Notes under the pieces: generated by a model | The model's input: only the letters and a program-made list of their open reading frames with translations | Databases searched by the model: none | Told to the model about the DNA's origin: nothing | Shown here: piece after piece, positions 19,571-30,884 of the stretch | How the letters are laid out: every line of letters begins with the position of its first letter | Position numbering within the stretch: the stretch's first letter is position 1 | Source of the DNA: Comamonadaceae bacterium | Lineage (GTDB): Bacteria; Pseudomonadota; Gammaproteobacteria; Burkholderiales; Burkholderiaceae_C | Length of the DNA: 57,722 bases | NCBI GenBank assembly: GCA_947449895.1 | Contig: CANFSO010000001.1 | Location: forward strand, 1 to 57,722 | Reading direction: 5' to 3' | Translations under genes and position numbers: made by a program

Positions 19571-20685
19571 AACAACACAACGCCGCGAATCGACTCGCCG
19601 CTTTTCATCAAGTCAAAGCCTTTGTTGATGTCTTCCAGCGGCATGGTGTGGGTGATCAGGTCGTCGATGTTGATCTTGCCTTCCATGTACCAATCGACGA
19701 TCTTCGGCACGTCGGTGCGACCGCGTGCGCCGCCAAAGGCTGAGCCCTCCCATTTGCGGCCGGTCACCAACTGGAACGGGCGGGTTGAGATTTCTGCGCC
19801 GGCTTCGGCCACGCCGATGATGATGCTGCGGCCCCAGCCCTTGTGCGTGCATTCAAGCGCCTGACGCATCACCTTGGTGTTGCCGATGCATTCGAAGCTG
19901 TAGTCAGCGCCGCCGTCGGTCAGTTGCACGATGGCGTCGACCAAGTTACCGCCAGCCGCTTCAATGGCTTTTGGGTTCAAGAAGTGCGTCATGCCGAACT
20001 TGCGTGCCATGGCTTCGCGCTCGGGGTTCAGGTCAACGCCGATGATCTTGTCAGCGCCCACCATCTTGGCGCCCTGAATCACGTTCAGGCCAATACCGCC
20101 TAGACCAAAAACAACGACGTTGGCGCCGGCTTCGACCTTGGCCGTGAACAGCACGGCACCAATGCCCGTGGTGACGCCGCAGCCGATGTAGCAGACCTTG
20201 TCAAACGGTGCGTCCTTGCGGATTTTGGCCAGCGAGATTTCGGGTGCGACGGTGTAGTTACTGAAGGTCGACGTGCCCATGTAATGGAAGATGGGCTGAC
20301 CGTCCAGGCTGAAGCGGCTGGTGGCGTCGGGCATCAAACCCTTGCCTTGCGTGCCGCGAATCAGCTGGCACAAATTGGTCTTGCGCGACAGGCAGTATTT
20401 GCACTGACGGCACTCAGGCGTGTAGAGCGGAATGACGTGGTCGCCTTTTTGCAGCGAGGTCACGCCAGGGCCAACGTCGACCACGATGCCGGCACCTTCA
20501 TGGCCCAGAATGGCGGGGAAAATGCCTTCCGGGTCTGCGCCAGAGAGGGTGTAGTAGTCAGTGTGGCAAATGCCGGTGGCCTTGATCTCGATCAACACCT
20601 CGCCAAACTTTGGACCTTGCAAGTCAACGGTTTCAATGGTCAGGGGTTGGCCTGACTTCCAGGCGACGGCTGCTTTTGTTTTCAT
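19567..20685 (-). CDS. frmA: S-(hydroxymethyl)glutathione dehydrogenase / class III alcohol dehydrogenase
   Basis: GICHTD, GHEGAG, structural-Zn Cys cluster, GLGGIG and TRPFQLVTGR. Confidence 0.95.
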   Translation of the reverse strand: MKTKAAVAWKSGQPLTIETVDLQGPKFGEVLIEIKATGICHTDYYTLSGADPEGIFPAILGHEGAGIVVDVGPGVTSLQKGDHVIPLYTPECRQCKYCLSRKTNLCQLIRGTQGKGLMPDATSRFSLDGQPIFHYMGTSTFSNYTVAPEISLAKIRKDAPFDKVCYIGCGVTTGIGAVLFTAKVEAGANVVVFGLGGIGLNVIQGAKMVGADKIIGVDLNPEREAMARKFGMTHFLNPKAIEAAGGNLVDAIVQLTDGGADYSFECIGNTKVMRQALECTHKGWGRSIIIGVAEAGAEISTRPFQLVTGRKWEGSAFGGARGRTDVPKIVDWYMEGKINIDDLITHTMPLEDINKGFDLMKSGESIRGVVLF

Positions 20686-20825
20686 AGGGATCGGATGCGG
20701 TAGTTTGAAAGATTGCAAACTATAGGTCAGACCACCGACGCGCGCAGGGGCCAGTGCCGGTTGCAGTCACCGTCCAAGGTCTTTCGCGCGCTTGCGCAAG
20801 GGCGCCTGACGATCCAGGCGATCGT

Positions 20826-21965
20826 TCAGGCGTTGAAGAAGTTCTTCAACTTGTCGGTCCAACCTTCTTCTGTGGGTGAGTGCTTGGCCCCGCCTTTTTT
20901 CAGCGACTCTTCAAATTCCTTTAGCAGCTTGCGCTGGTGCTCGGTCAACTTCACGGGTGTCTCGACGGCGATGTGGCAGTAGAGATCACCCGGGTAGCTG
21001 GAGCGCACGCCTTTGATGCCCTTGCCGCGCAGACGGAACTGCTTGCCAGCTTGCGTGCCTTCAGGAATGTCGATGGCCGCTTTGCCTGAGAGTGTCGGCA
21101 CTTCAATCTCACCGCCTAGCGAGGCACGTGGAAAGCTGATGGGCACCACGCAGTGCAGGTCGTCACCTTCGCGTTCAAAAATGTCGTGCTTCTTGATGCG
21201 AATTTCAATGTAAAGGTCGCCGGGTGGCCCGCCGTTGGTGCCGGGCTCGCCATTGCCGGTGGAGCGAATGCGCATGCCGTCGTCAATGCCGCCTGGAATT
21301 TTGACTTCGAGGGTCTTGTTGGTTTTTGTCTTGCCAACGCCATGGCAAGCCACACAAGGTTCAGGGATGAGTTTGCCGGTGCCTTTGCACTGGGGGCAGT
21401 TTTGCTGGACGCTGAAAAAACCTTGGCGCATTTGCACCACACCGTGGCCGTGGCAGGTAGTGCAGGTGGCGACCTTGGTGCCGGGCTTGGCGCCGCTGCC
21501 TTGGCAGGTGCGGCAGTCGTCCCAGCTTGGAATGCGAATTTGCGCATCTTTGCCATTGGCGGCTTCTTCGAGTGTGACTTCCATCGCGTAGCTGAGATCG
21601 CCACCACGAAAGGCTTGACGGCCACCTCGCTGCTGGTTGCGGCCGCCCATCACGTCGCCAAAAATATCACCGAAGGCTTCAGCGAAACCGCCAAAACCCT
21701 CCGGACTACCACCGCCACCGCCACCCCGATTGGGGTCAACGCCGGCGTGGCCATACTGGTCATAGGCCGCACGCTTGTTGCCGTCCGACAGCATCTCATA
21801 GGCTTCTTTGGCTTCTTTGAATTTTTCTTCAGAAGCCTTGGAGCCATCCCCCTGATTGCGGTCAGGGTGGTGCTTCATCGCGAGCTTGCGATATGCTTTT
21901 TTGATGTCCTCTTCGCTGGCGTTTTTGGCTACACCCAGCGTGTCGTAATAATCTTTTTTGGCCAT
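20826..21965 (-). CDS. dnaJ: Chaperone DnaJ
   Basis: J domain with HPD, G/F-rich region and four CxxCxGxG repeats. Confidence 0.97.
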   Translation of the reverse strand: MAKKDYYDTLGVAKNASEEDIKKAYRKLAMKHHPDRNQGDGSKASEEKFKEAKEAYEMLSDGNKRAAYDQYGHAGVDPNRGGGGGGSPEGFGGFAEAFGDIFGDVMGGRNQQRGGRQAFRGGDLSYAMEVTLEEAANGKDAQIRIPSWDDCRTCQGSGAKPGTKVATCTTCHGHGVVQMRQGFFSVQQNCPQCKGTGKLIPEPCVACHGVGKTKTNKTLEVKIPGGIDDGMRIRSTGNGEPGTNGGPPGDLYIEIRIKKHDIFEREGDDLHCVVPISFPRASLGGEIEVPTLSGKAAIDIPEGTQAGKQFRLRGKGIKGVRSSYPGDLYCHIAVETPVKLTEHQRKLLKEFEESLKKGGAKHSPTEEGWTDKLKNFFNA

Positions 21966-22011
21966 GAAACTGCGTGTTCAGTGAAATTAACTCGGGGTAT
22001 CCGGAAGTAGG

Positions 22012-22068
22012 AAAGCGGAATCCGGGCTCAGCCCTTGATTCCGCTTTGGGGCAACGGGCCGAAGCCCG
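22012..22068 (-). terminator. Two stable hairpins between dnaK and dnaJ (attenuator or mRNA-stabilising element)
   Basis: On the minus strand, CGGGC-TTCG-GCCCG, plus an 11-bp stem AAAGCGGAATC/GATTCCGCTTT. Confidence 0.5.
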
Positions 22069-22077
22069 AAGAAAGGT

Positions 22078-24018
22078 TTAACCCTTTTTGACTTCTTTGA
22101 CTTCGGCGTCAACGACATTATCGTCGGCAGCCTTGGCGTCGCTGCCAGCCGTCCCACTCGGGCCGGCTGCTGCGGTTTGTTCCGCTTGGCTGGCTTGCAT
22201 GTCGGCGTACATTTTCTCGCCCAACTTCTGGCTGGCTTCCATCAGCGCGGCGTTTTTGCTTTCAATGGCGACCTTGTCTTCGCCTTTGAGCGCTTCTTCC
22301 ATCTCGCTGATGGCGGTTTCGATTTTCTCTTTCTCGCCTGCATCCAGCTTGTCGCCGTACTCGCCGAGTGACTTGCGCACGCTGTGGACCATCGCCTCTG
22401 CGTTGTTCTTGGCTTGAACGAACTCGACTTTTTCTTTGTCGGACGCTGCGTTGAGTTCAGCGTCTTTCACCATCTGCTGGATCTCAGCTTCGGTCAAACC
22501 GGAGTTGGCTTTGATGGTGATCTTGTTTTCTTTGCCGGTGCCTTTGTCTTTGGCGCCGACGTGCAAGATGCCATTGGCGTCAATGTCAAACGACACTTCA
22601 ATCTGTGGCGTGCCACGGGATGCGGGTGGAATGCCTTCGAGGTTGAATTCGCCAAGGCCTTTGTTGCCGGAAGCGATCTCGCGCTCACCCTGAAACACCT
22701 TGATCGTGACAGCTGGCTGGTTGTCTTCAGCGGTCGAGAAGGTCTGTGCAAACTTGGTCGGGATGGTCGTGTTCTTCTTGATCATCTTGGTCATCACGCC
22801 GCCCATGGTCTCAATGCCCAGGGACAACGGTGTCACGTCCAGCAGCAAGACGTCGGTACGGTCACCCGACAAGACTTGGCCCTGAATGGCGGCGCCAACG
22901 GCGACGGCTTCGTCAGGGTTGACGTCTTTGCGTGGCTCACGGCCGAAGAATTCTTTGACCTTCTCTTGGACCTTGGGCATGCGGGTCATGCCGCCAACCA
23001 AAATCACGTCATGAATAGCGCTGACGTCGATGCCGGCGTCTTTGACGGCCATGCGGCAAGGTGCAATCGTGCGCTCGATCAACTCGTCAACCAAGCTTTC
23101 CAGCTTGGCGCGTGTCATCTTGATGTTCAGGTGTTTGGGGCCAGATGCGTCAGCGGTGATGTAGGGCAGGTTGATGTCGGTCTGGGCGCTGCTCGACAGT
23201 TCGATCTTGGCTTTTTCAGCGGCTTCTTTCAGGCGCTGCAGAGCCAGCACGTCGCTTTTGAGGTTGACGCCGGATTCTTTCTTGAATTCGTCGATGATGA
23301 AGTCGATGATGCGCTGGTCGAAGTCTTCGCCGCCCAAGAAGGTGTCGCCATTGGTCGACAGCACTTCAAATTGTTTTTCACCGTCGACATCGGCAATTTC
23401 GATGATGGAGATGTCGAAGGTACCGCCGCCCAAGTCATACACAGCGATCTTGCGATCGCCTTTTTCTTGCTTGTCCAGGCCAAAGGCCAAGGCAGCTGCC
23501 GTCGGCTCGTTGATGATGCGTTTGACATCCAAACCGGCAATGCGACCAGCGTCTTTGGTGGCTTGACGCTGTGCGTCATTGAAATAGGCCGGCACGGTGA
23601 TGACGGCTTCTGTGACCGCTTCGCCAAGATAGTCTTCGGCAGTTTTCTTCATCTTGCGCAAGATGTCGGCGCTGACCTGTTGTGCCGAGAGTTGCTTGTC
23701 GTGCACTTGCACCCAAGCGTCACCGTTGTCGGCCGCCACAATTTTGTAAGGCATCAGATCGATGTCTTTTTGCACTTCTTTTTCGGCGAACTTGCGGCCG
23801 ATCAAACGCTTGACCGCGTACAGCGTGTTGCGCGGGTTGGTGACCGCTTGGCGTTTGGCTGAAGCGCCCACCAGCACATCGCCACCTTCTTGGTAAGCGA
23901 CTATGGACGGCGTCGTGCGCGCGCCCTCAGAGTTTTCAATGACGCGGGGCGTGTTGCCCTCCATGACGGAAACGCAGCTGTTGGTGGTTCCGAGGTCAAT
24001 GCCGATGATTCTTCCCAT
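22078..24018 (-). CDS. dnaK: Chaperone DnaK
   Basis: [25 protein letters not shown] and NPDEAVA. ATG at 24018 follows an AGGAG RBS. Confidence 0.98.
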   Translation of the reverse strand: MGRIIGIDLGTTNSCVSVMEGNTPRVIENSEGARTTPSIVAYQEGGDVLVGASAKRQAVTNPRNTLYAVKRLIGRKFAEKEVQKDIDLMPYKIVAADNGDAWVQVHDKQLSAQQVSADILRKMKKTAEDYLGEAVTEAVITVPAYFNDAQRQATKDAGRIAGLDVKRIINEPTAAALAFGLDKQEKGDRKIAVYDLGGGTFDISIIEIADVDGEKQFEVLSTNGDTFLGGEDFDQRIIDFIIDEFKKESGVNLKSDVLALQRLKEAAEKAKIELSSSAQTDINLPYITADASGPKHLNIKMTRAKLESLVDELIERTIAPCRMAVKDAGIDVSAIHDVILVGGMTRMPKVQEKVKEFFGREPRKDVNPDEAVAVGAAIQGQVLSGDRTDVLLLDVTPLSLGIETMGGVMTKMIKKNTTIPTKFAQTFSTAEDNQPAVTIKVFQGEREIASGNKGLGEFNLEGIPPASRGTPQIEVSFDIDANGILHVGAKDKGTGKENKITIKANSGLTEAEIQQMVKDAELNAASDKEKVEFVQAKNNAEAMVHSVRKSLGEYGDKLDAGEKEKIETAISEMEEALKGEDKVAIESKNAALMEASQKLGEKMYADMQASQAEQTAAAGPSGTAGSDAKAADDNVVDAEVKEVKKG

Positions 24019-24183
24019 GATGCTCAACTCCTGTTATTTTTAATCGATGCCGCCGTCAAAACACCCCGACTTCAGGGCTTGCTCATCTGGCGATGTAACT
24101 GCTTGTGTGCCGCTATGAAGCTGACTTAAGGTTAAGTGCTGAAACTTCAAGACCCTGTTCACTGGCTTATTTTTAAAGGTCGC

Positions 24184-24765
24184 TTATTTAGGCGCGGCGA
24201 CCGTGACCAGCGCTGGCCGCAGCACTCGGTCTGCAATGAGATAGCCCTTTTGCAAGACCATGACCACGGTGTTCGCCTCTTGCGTTGACTCAGCCGGCAA
24301 CGGCACCATGCTGATGGCTTGGTGCTGATGTGGGTCAAATTTAGTACCGACAGCCGGGTCGATGGCCATCACGCGGTTGCGTTCCAGAGCGCTCTTGAGC
24401 TGCTTCAGCGTGGCTTCTGTACCCTCGCGAATTTGCTCGGCATTGGCTTCCTTGAGCTGCAGACCGGCTTCGAGGCTGTCGGCGACAGGCAGCAGGCTTT
24501 CTGCAAAGCTCTCAAGGGCAAACTTGCGGGCCTTTGAGATCTCTTCATCTGCCCGGCGACGGGAATTTTCGGCTTCAGCCTTGGCCCGCAAGTAGCTGTC
24601 GGCCAATTCTGTATTTTTGGCCTGTAAGGCCAAGATTTCAGCGTGCAAGCCAGGCAGGGCCTCGATGGCGTCGACTTCATTGGCCGCTTGCGCCGCTTCG
24701 AGTTCTTCCGGGCTGGGGGCACCGGTCAAGGTTTGATTTTGGTCTGGTGAGTTGTTTTGTTGCAT
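24184..24765 (-). CDS. grpE: Nucleotide exchange factor GrpE
   Basis: [22 protein letters not shown] and LQKGY...RVLRPALV. Confidence 0.95.
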   Translation of the reverse strand: MQQNNSPDQNQTLTGAPSPEELEAAQAANEVDAIEALPGLHAEILALQAKNTELADSYLRAKAEAENSRRRADEEISKARKFALESFAESLLPVADSLEAGLQLKEANAEQIREGTEATLKQLKSALERNRVMAIDPAVGTKFDPHQHQAISMVPLPAESTQEANTVVMVLQKGYLIADRVLRPALVTVAAPK

Positions 24766-24797
24766 TGGAACTTGATTGGAAATGCGTTCAGAAAAGC

Positions 24798-24825
24798 ATT
24801 TGGGGATGCCATGGCCCTTTTCAAG
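24798..24825 (-). promoter_or_regulatory. Sigma-32 (RpoH) promoter of grpE-dnaK-dnaJ
   Basis: Minus strand CTTGAA-N14-CCCCAAAT matches the RpoH consensus CTTGAA-N13-14-CCCCATNT. Confidence 0.7.
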
Positions 24826-24860
24826 GCAAGGGATTTAAAAAGCAGCCCTTGATTACGGGC

Positions 24861-25190
24861 TTACTTGACGGGGTTTTTGACGATGGCCGCTTTGGCCTGG
24901 CTAGCAGACCATTTGCTGGCAAAGGCGGGCAGCTCAGTCAGGCGTTTCAGCAGATCAGCACCCATGCTCGTGACGACATAGCCGTCTCCATCATGGTGCA
25001 GCAGCCCGGCCGCGCGCAACTCTTTGATGCGGGTGTTCAGGGTGTTTGGGGTGATGTGGCCGATGCTGTCTTGCAGCAGGCGAAAAGTTTGTGGGTGGCC
25101 GTTTTTGAGAGCCCACAAGACACGCAGCGCATAGCGCGCTTCTAACAACTGCAGCAGTTGGCCGACCGCCGCGTTTTCCTTCGCACTCAT
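24861..25190 (-). CDS. HxlR-family winged-helix regulator
   Basis: About 109 aa; RYALRVLWAL...FRLLQ...ITPNTLNTRIKELR..GL...Y..T..G. Confidence 0.8.
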   Translation of the reverse strand: MSAKENAAVGQLLQLLEARYALRVLWALKNGHPQTFRLLQDSIGHITPNTLNTRIKELRAAGLLHHDGDGYVVTSMGADLLKRLTELPAFASKWSASQAKAAIVKNPVK

Positions 25191-25388
25191 TGAACCATTC
25201 CTCTTATCTACTTCTTTTTGAACTTTCCGTAGCTTCAATGAGCGCACGCATGGGTCATGAATATAACGCAGATTGCTTGAGTCAAATGCACACCGCTACT
25301 GGATTTGTAGCTTAAGGGCTAATGATTCCGAGGCCTGCAGGTGAATCTCCCGATTGACAATTTCAAGTTGTCAAATTAATCCGAAGGC

Positions 25389-26138
25389 CTAGGGCTGCAT
25401 CGTGTGCAGGTTATTGCCTTTTTGTAGGCGCTCCCGGCTGTTCGATAAATGCGTTCGCATGGCAGTCCGAGCAGCCTCGACATCTTGCTGTTGAATCGCC
25501 TCATAGATTTTCTCGTGCTCTTGATGGACTCGTTGCAAATATTTCAACCGACCTTCTGGTGCGTTCAGCGTGGTGTTGACCCGGGTACGCGGAATGATCA
25601 TGGTGCCGAGATAGGTCATCAGGTCGGCAAAGTGGCGGTTGCCGGTCGAGTGAGCCACTTCCATGTGGAATTGGAAGTCAGGCGGAACGGCATCTGAATC
25701 TTGTTGAATCGACACCTTGAAGGCGTCCAAGGCGGTCTTCATCGCCAATAGGTTCTCGGCTGTCCGGCGCAGCGCCGCCAACCCAGCGGTTTCGGTCTCT
25801 AAGCTGATGCGCAGTTCCAGCACTGAGATCACATCGGCGATAGTGGTGAAATCTTCAGCGGCGATTTTGAAGTTACCCGGGTTTTGCGGCGCCAGTACAA
25901 AGGTGCCTATGCCGTGCCTGGTTTCAACCAGTGCCGATGCTTGCAGCTTTGAGATGGCTTCACGCACGACAGTCCGACTAACTCCGAAATGGCTCATGAT
26001 TTCGGCTTCGGTCGGCAGTTTGGTGCCGGGCTGCAGTTGGCCTTCTCGAATGCTGCCCGCCAAACTGTCGACAACTTCAGTGACCAAGCCTCGCGGTCTG
26101 CGCGGCGCACCTAGATCTTGGAGGGCAAACGCCGCCAT
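25389..26138 (-). CDS. FadR/GntR-family regulator (GguR-like)
   Basis: LPTE...FGVSRTVVREA HTH, FCD domain (D..FH...N, EH..I, M..HL); divergent from garL. Start at 26138 or 26180. Confidence 0.9.
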   Translation of the reverse strand: MAAFALQDLGAPRRPRGLVTEVVDSLAGSIREGQLQPGTKLPTEAEIMSHFGVSRTVVREAISKLQASALVETRHGIGTFVLAPQNPGNFKIAAEDFTTIADVISVLELRISLETETAGLAALRRTAENLLAMKTALDAFKVSIQQDSDAVPPDFQFHMEVAHSTGNRHFADLMTYLGTMIIPRTRVNTTLNAPEGRLKYLQRVHQEHEKIYEAIQQQDVEAARTAMRTHLSNSRERLQKGNNLHTMQP

Positions 26139-26221
26139 GCCGGTGTCGGCAGGCGTAAGGGTTTGTGGGGGCTGTATCAATGGGCGATTAAGATTAAATT
26201 ACGGGGGTAGGGTCAACTTAC

Positions 26222-26244
26222 GTCGGACAACTTATGACTGATGT
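26222..26244. promoter_or_regulatory. Putative FadR-family operator, copy 1
   Basis: GTCGGACAACTTATGACTGATGT is 20/23 identical to 33907-33929; GTC-N-GAC core. Confidence 0.7.
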
Positions 26245-26399
26245 CATCACGCGCATTACTTTATCAAAGTCTCATAAAAAGTCCAGTTGATTGCCTGATT
26301 TAAGCCTCGGAACAAAGAACGGGGGTGAAATCCCATGATTAAAAGCGACACCTGTGATCTTTCACAAGACACTTCATTTTCAAAAGACAAAACTACGCC

Positions 26400-27182
26400 A
26401 TGACACAAGCTATTTCATACCAATCTTTCCCCAACAGCTTCAAGCGCGATTTGCTGGCTGGTAAAAAACTCATCGGCTGCTGGTCGTCTTTGGCCAGTCC
26501 CATCACGGCGGAGGTTCTGGGGTTGGCTGGTTTTGACTGGATTCTGCTGGACGGCGAGCATTCGCCAAACGATGTCAACACCTTTATTCCGCAACTCATG
26601 GCGCTCAAAGACAGCCCGTCCGCACCCATCGTACGGCCTTCGTGCAACAGCGCCGTCGAGCTCAAAAGACTGCTGGATGCGGGCTTCTACAACTTCCTCG
26701 TGCCCTTTGTTGAAAGCGCTGAGGAAGCACGAAGTGCGGTCTCTGCCACACGCTATCCACCGCAAGGGATTCGGGGTGTAGCGGTGTCACAGCGTAGCAA
26801 TCGCTATGGTTCCATTCCTGACTATTTGAAATCAATCAACGAGCACATCTGCGTGATGGTGCAAATCGAGAGTCTGGCGGGTGTCGCTGCGGTCAAAGAA
26901 ATTGCGGCCATAGACGGCGTTGACTCGATCTTCGTCGGCCCTTCAGATTTGGCCGCTGCGCTGGGGCACCTCGGCAATCCTTCACACCCCGAGGTGCAAG
27001 CCGTGATCGCTCAAGTGTTTGCCGATGTCAAGGCTGCTGGCAAACCGGTCGGCATTCTGGCGCCCTTAGAGGCGCAAGCCAGACACTACATATCGCTGGG
27101 CGCGACCTTCGTTGGCGTCGGTAGCGACCTTGGCACCTTCCGCAGTGCGACCCAAGCTTTGTGCGATCGTTATCGCGATTGA
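26400..27182 (+). CDS. garL: 2-dehydro-3-deoxyglucarate aldolase (HpcH family)
   Basis: [45 protein letters not shown] and FVGPSDL. Confidence 0.92.
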   Translation: MTQAISYQSFPNSFKRDLLAGKKLIGCWSSLASPITAEVLGLAGFDWILLDGEHSPNDVNTFIPQLMALKDSPSAPIVRPSCNSAVELKRLLDAGFYNFLVPFVESAEEARSAVSATRYPPQGIRGVAVSQRSNRYGSIPDYLKSINEHICVMVQIESLAGVAAVKEIAAIDGVDSIFVGPSDLAAALGHLGNPSHPEVQAVIAQVFADVKAAGKPVGILAPLEAQARHYISLGATFVGVGSDLGTFRSATQALCDRYRD

Positions 27183-27231
27183 GCGGCAACGCATGTCACG
27201 CTTTTCTATGAACTGAGACTGGAGTATTTGA

Positions 27232-28119
27232 ATGAGCAAAATTGGATTCATTGGCTTGGGCATCATGGGCGCACCCATGGCCGCGCATTTGATCAACGCG
27301 GGGCATGAGGTTTTCCTGAACACCCGTAGCAAGATCCCGGCAGATCTGTTGACTGGCAGCGCTACTGCTTGCAGCTCGCCGCGTGAAGTGGCTGAGAGGG
27401 CGGACATTATTTTCATGATGCTGCCCGACACGCCGGATGTCGACAAAGTTCTGTTCGCAGGCAACGGTGTGGCCGCTGGATTGTCCAAAGGCAAGACAGT
27501 GGTCGATATGAGCTCGATCTCGCCGATGGACACCAAGACCTTTGCCCAAAAGATCAACGCGCTGGGTGCTGACTATCTGGACGCACCTGTCTCCGGTGGA
27601 GAAGTCGGTGCCAAGGCGGCCAGCCTGACCATCATGATCGGCGGACCCGATGCGGTGTTTGAACGCGTCAAGCCGCTGTTTGAGTTGATGGGTAAAAACA
27701 TCACGCTGGTCGGCGGTAATGGGGATGGCCAAACGTGCAAGGTGGCAAATCAAATCATCGTGGCGTTGAACATCGCTGCCGTTGGCGAGGCCTTGCTGTT
27801 TGCCAGCAAGGCTGGCGCCGACCCTGCCAAAGTGCGTCAGGCACTGATGGGTGGTTTTGCGGCCTCACGCATTTTGGAAGTGCATGGCGAGCGCATGATC
27901 AAACGCACGTTCGCGCCGGGCTTTCGCATTGGCTTGCATCAAAAAGACCTGAACTTGGCGCTGAACGGTGCGCGGGCCCTGGGTGTCGCGCTGCCGCAAA
28001 CTGCCGGTGCGGCGCAACTGATGCAGGTCTGCAGTGCCAATGGCATGCAAGACCTGGATCATTCCGCCTTGGTTCGGTCACTCGAATTGATGGCGAACCA
28101 CCAGGTCGCTGAGGGCTGA
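27232..28119 (+). CDS. glxR: 2-hydroxy-3-oxopropionate (tartronate semialdehyde) reductase
   Basis: GFIGLGIMG, DAPVSGG, CKVANQ and F.PGFRI.LH.KDL; follows garL (GarR/GlxR family). Confidence 0.88.
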   Translation: MSKIGFIGLGIMGAPMAAHLINAGHEVFLNTRSKIPADLLTGSATACSSPREVAERADIIFMMLPDTPDVDKVLFAGNGVAAGLSKGKTVVDMSSISPMDTKTFAQKINALGADYLDAPVSGGEVGAKAASLTIMIGGPDAVFERVKPLFELMGKNITLVGGNGDGQTCKVANQIIVALNIAAVGEALLFASKAGADPAKVRQALMGGFAASRILEVHGERMIKRTFAPGFRIGLHQKDLNLALNGARALGVALPQTAGAAQLMQVCSANGMQDLDHSALVRSLELMANHQVAEG

Positions 28120-28150
28120 GCCCGCCAAACGGCGGCTCAGCCGGCGCGGT

Positions 28151-29836
28151 TCACATACCGCTGTAGTTGGGTCCGCCGCCACCTTCGGGCGTGACCCAGA
28201 CGATGTTTTGCGTCGGGTCTTTGATGTCGCAGGTCTTGCAGTGAACGCAGTTTTGTGCGTTGATCTGCAGCCGGTCGGTGTCATCCGGGTTCTTCACGTA
28301 CTCGTAAACACCGGCCGGGCAGTAACGGCTTTCAGGACCGGCATAGGTGGCCAGGTTGACGCTGACAGGCACGCTGGCATCTTTCAGCGTCAGGTGCGCT
28401 GGTTGCTGCTCTTCGTGGTTGGTGTTCGAGACAAAAACCGAACTTAAGCGGTCAAAGGTGATCTGGTTGTCCGGCTTCGGGTAGATGATGGGCTGGCACT
28501 CCGCCGCCGGTTTCAGCATAAGGTGATCGGCTTGGGTGCGGTGAATCGTCCACGGCGGGCTCTGAATACCCAGACGCGGCAGCAACCACTGCTCGATGCC
28601 GGTCATGAACGAGCCCATGTACAAGCCTTTTTTGAACCATGCCTTGAAGTTGCGTGATTGGTTCATTTCTTTGGCTAGCCAGCTTTTTGAGTAGGCAGCC
28701 GGGTAGGCGCTGAGCTCGTCGTGTTGGCGACCATTCGTCACTGCGGCGTAAGCAGCTTCAGCCGCCAGCATGCCGGTTTTGATGGCGGCGTGGCTGCCCT
28801 TGATGCGGGCTGCGTTGAGGTAACCGGCTTCGCAGCCGACCAAGGCACCGCCAGGGAACACCGTCTTCGGCAAACTCAAGGCACCACCAGCCGTGATGGC
28901 GCGCGCACCGTAGCTGATGCGCTTGCCGCCTTCGAGGTACTGGCGAATCGCGGGGTGCGTTTTCCAGCGCTGCATTTCTTCAAACGGGCTGAGGTAGGGG
29001 TTGCTGTAGTCAAGCCCCGTGACCAGTCCGAGCGTGACCTTGTTGTCTTCAAGGTGGTACATGAAGCCGCCACCGTAGGTGTCGGATTGCATCGGCCAGC
29101 CGGCGGTGTGCACCACCAGCCCGGCTTTGTGTTTGGCCGGGTCAATTTCCCACAGTTCTTTGATGCCGAGCGCGTAGGCTTGCGGGTCTTTGCCTTCGTC
29201 CAGCTTGAAGCGGCTGATCAACTGCCGACCCAAGTGGCCGCGTGCGCCTTCAGCAAATACCGTGTACTTGCCAAGCAGCTCCATGCCGAGCTGGAAGTTC
29301 TCGCCGGGCTCGCCGGTTTTGCTGACGCCCAGATTGCCGGTGGCCACGCCTTTGACCGAGCCGTCTGCGTTGTAAAGGACTTCAGCGGCCGCAAAGCCGG
29401 GGAATATCTCAACGCCGAGGTTTTCAGCTTGCTGCGCCAACCAGCGCACCACATTGCCTAGGCTGACGATGTAGTTGCCCTCGTTGTGCATGCAGTCGGG
29501 GACTAAAAACCCCGGTGTTTTGGTTGAACCTTGTTCGCTTAAAAACAGCACTTCATCCGCTGTGACGGGCTGGTTCAGCGGCGCGCCCAGCGCCTTCCAG
29601 TCGGGGATCAATTCAGTCAAAGCTTTCGGGTCCATTACCGCGCCCGACAGAATGTGCGCACCGGGCTCAGAGCCTTTTTCCAGTACCACCACAGATATAT
29701 CGGTGCCTTTTTCGGCCGCCAGTTGTTTCAGGCGAATTGCCGTGGCCAAGCCACCTGGACCGCCGCCGACCACCACCACGTCGTAGTCCATGGCTTCACG
29801 GGGACCGAATTGGGCCAGGATGTCTTCGTTGTTCAT
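28151..29836 (-). CDS. Electron transfer flavoprotein-ubiquinone oxidoreductase
   Basis: GGGPGGL, GAHILSGA, IKGSH, CPAGVYE and NCVHCKTCDIKD [4Fe-4S] motif. Confidence 0.95.
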   Translation of the reverse strand: MNNEDILAQFGPREAMDYDVVVVGGGPGGLATAIRLKQLAAEKGTDISVVVLEKGSEPGAHILSGAVMDPKALTELIPDWKALGAPLNQPVTADEVLFLSEQGSTKTPGFLVPDCMHNEGNYIVSLGNVVRWLAQQAENLGVEIFPGFAAAEVLYNADGSVKGVATGNLGVSKTGEPGENFQLGMELLGKYTVFAEGARGHLGRQLISRFKLDEGKDPQAYALGIKELWEIDPAKHKAGLVVHTAGWPMQSDTYGGGFMYHLEDNKVTLGLVTGLDYSNPYLSPFEEMQRWKTHPAIRQYLEGGKRISYGARAITAGGALSLPKTVFPGGALVGCEAGYLNAARIKGSHAAIKTGMLAAEAAYAAVTNGRQHDELSAYPAAYSKSWLAKEMNQSRNFKAWFKKGLYMGSFMTGIEQWLLPRLGIQSPPWTIHRTQADHLMLKPAAECQPIIYPKPDNQITFDRLSSVFVSNTNHEEQQPAHLTLKDASVPVSVNLATYAGPESRYCPAGVYEYVKNPDDTDRLQINAQNCVHCKTCDIKDPTQNIVWVTPEGGGGPNYSGM

Positions 29837-29982
29837 GCAGTAGGGGCTCCGTGATAATTGAGTTGCAGCGGTGTCGGGCTGGCTGCTTGGGTGAGGGGTC
29901 ACTTGCGGCGACCAAACAATTTTATTATGCCGCCGTGCAGGCGTAGGCAAGCTTTGTCATTCTGTTACCAATGAAGGCACAC

Positions 29983-30411
29983 ATGAAGATCGAGATTCCT
30001 GAGATTAAAAAGCAGGTGTATGACATGCACATCCCCATAAGATGGGGCGACATGGACGCGATGGGTCACCTTAACAATGGTTCGTATTTCCGCTACATGG
30101 AGACCATTCGCATCGACTGGATGCACAGCATCGGCGGCATGCCCGACCCCCAAGGTGAAGGGCCAGTCATCGTCAATGCCTTTTGTAATTTTTACAAGCA
30201 GCTGGAGTACCCGGGCGACGTGCTGGTCAAGATGTACGTCAGCGACCCGGCGAGAACCACTTTTGAAACCTGGGTCACGATGGAGCGGGTCGACCAGCCC
30301 GGTGTGATTTGTGCAGCCGGTGGAGCGACCACTATTTGGGTCGATTTCCCGGCACAAAAAGCCAAGACCCTGCCTGACCACATTCGAAAAATGATTTTAG
30401 GCAGCGACTGA
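29983..30411 (+). CDS. Acyl-CoA thioesterase (4HBT/YbgC hot-dog family)
   Basis: RWGDMDAMGHLNN..YFRY.E..R. Start at 29983 or 29971. Confidence 0.88.
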   Translation: MKIEIPEIKKQVYDMHIPIRWGDMDAMGHLNNGSYFRYMETIRIDWMHSIGGMPDPQGEGPVIVNAFCNFYKQLEYPGDVLVKMYVSDPARTTFETWVTMERVDQPGVICAAGGATTIWVDFPAQKAKTLPDHIRKMILGSD

Positions 30412-30801
30412 ATTGCCTGAAAAACGGCCACGCAGGTAGGCCACAATTTTGTCGGAATCGTAAAGCCACTGGCTGCTGCCCGCGGCATCTGTGATTTTCA
30501 AGCAGGGTACTTTGGCGAGTCCGCCGCCTTGCCGCAACGCCTCCCTGTCGCGACCCTCGGGCTGAGCATCAATGCGTTGAATCGGCAAAGACAAGCGCCG
30601 CATTTCCTGACGCACTTTCATGCAAAAAGGGCAGGTCTTGTAGTGATACAGCACCAAGCTCTCGCACTGCTTGTCGATGAGGTCTTGCGCCGCTAGCGCA
30701 CGTACCAGCCCGGCGGGACGGGTCAAGCGTTCTTTGAGCAACATCACCGGACCGAGTACAACGCGCAGGGTTTTAAAAAAGGAGCGGATTAAAAATTTCA
30801 T
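30397..30801 (-). CDS. Glutaredoxin / GST-N domain protein
   Basis: CPFC, VPCL and YDSD.I..YL motifs. Confidence 0.85.
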   Translation of the reverse strand: MKFLIRSFFKTLRVVLGPVMLLKERLTRPAGLVRALAAQDLIDKQCESLVLYHYKTCPFCMKVRQEMRRLSLPIQRIDAQPEGRDREALRQGGGLAKVPCLKITDAAGSSQWLYDSDKIVAYLRGRFSGNSVAA

Positions 30802-30884
30802 GCGTGATGTTAAACGCTTGGGTCCAGCGCTCAAACGGGCGCATGTGCCGTTATGCTGAGCGTTTTCACTCAGGAGTACTCAGC

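Noticed and set aside
22384-23862. 492-aa ORF on the + strand
   Set aside because: Antisense shadow of dnaK, a well-known artefact often mis-annotated as NAD-specific glutamate dehydrogenase. It is explained by dnaK codon bias.
24124-24151. Second sigma-32 promoter directly upstream of dnaK
   Set aside because: The CTTGAA -35 box is present, but the -10 box (CCTTAAGT) is a poor match; too weak to call.
25354-25374. TTGACAA-N7-TTGTCAA inverted repeat
   Set aside because: Single instance with weak stability; cannot tell an operator from a terminator or chance.
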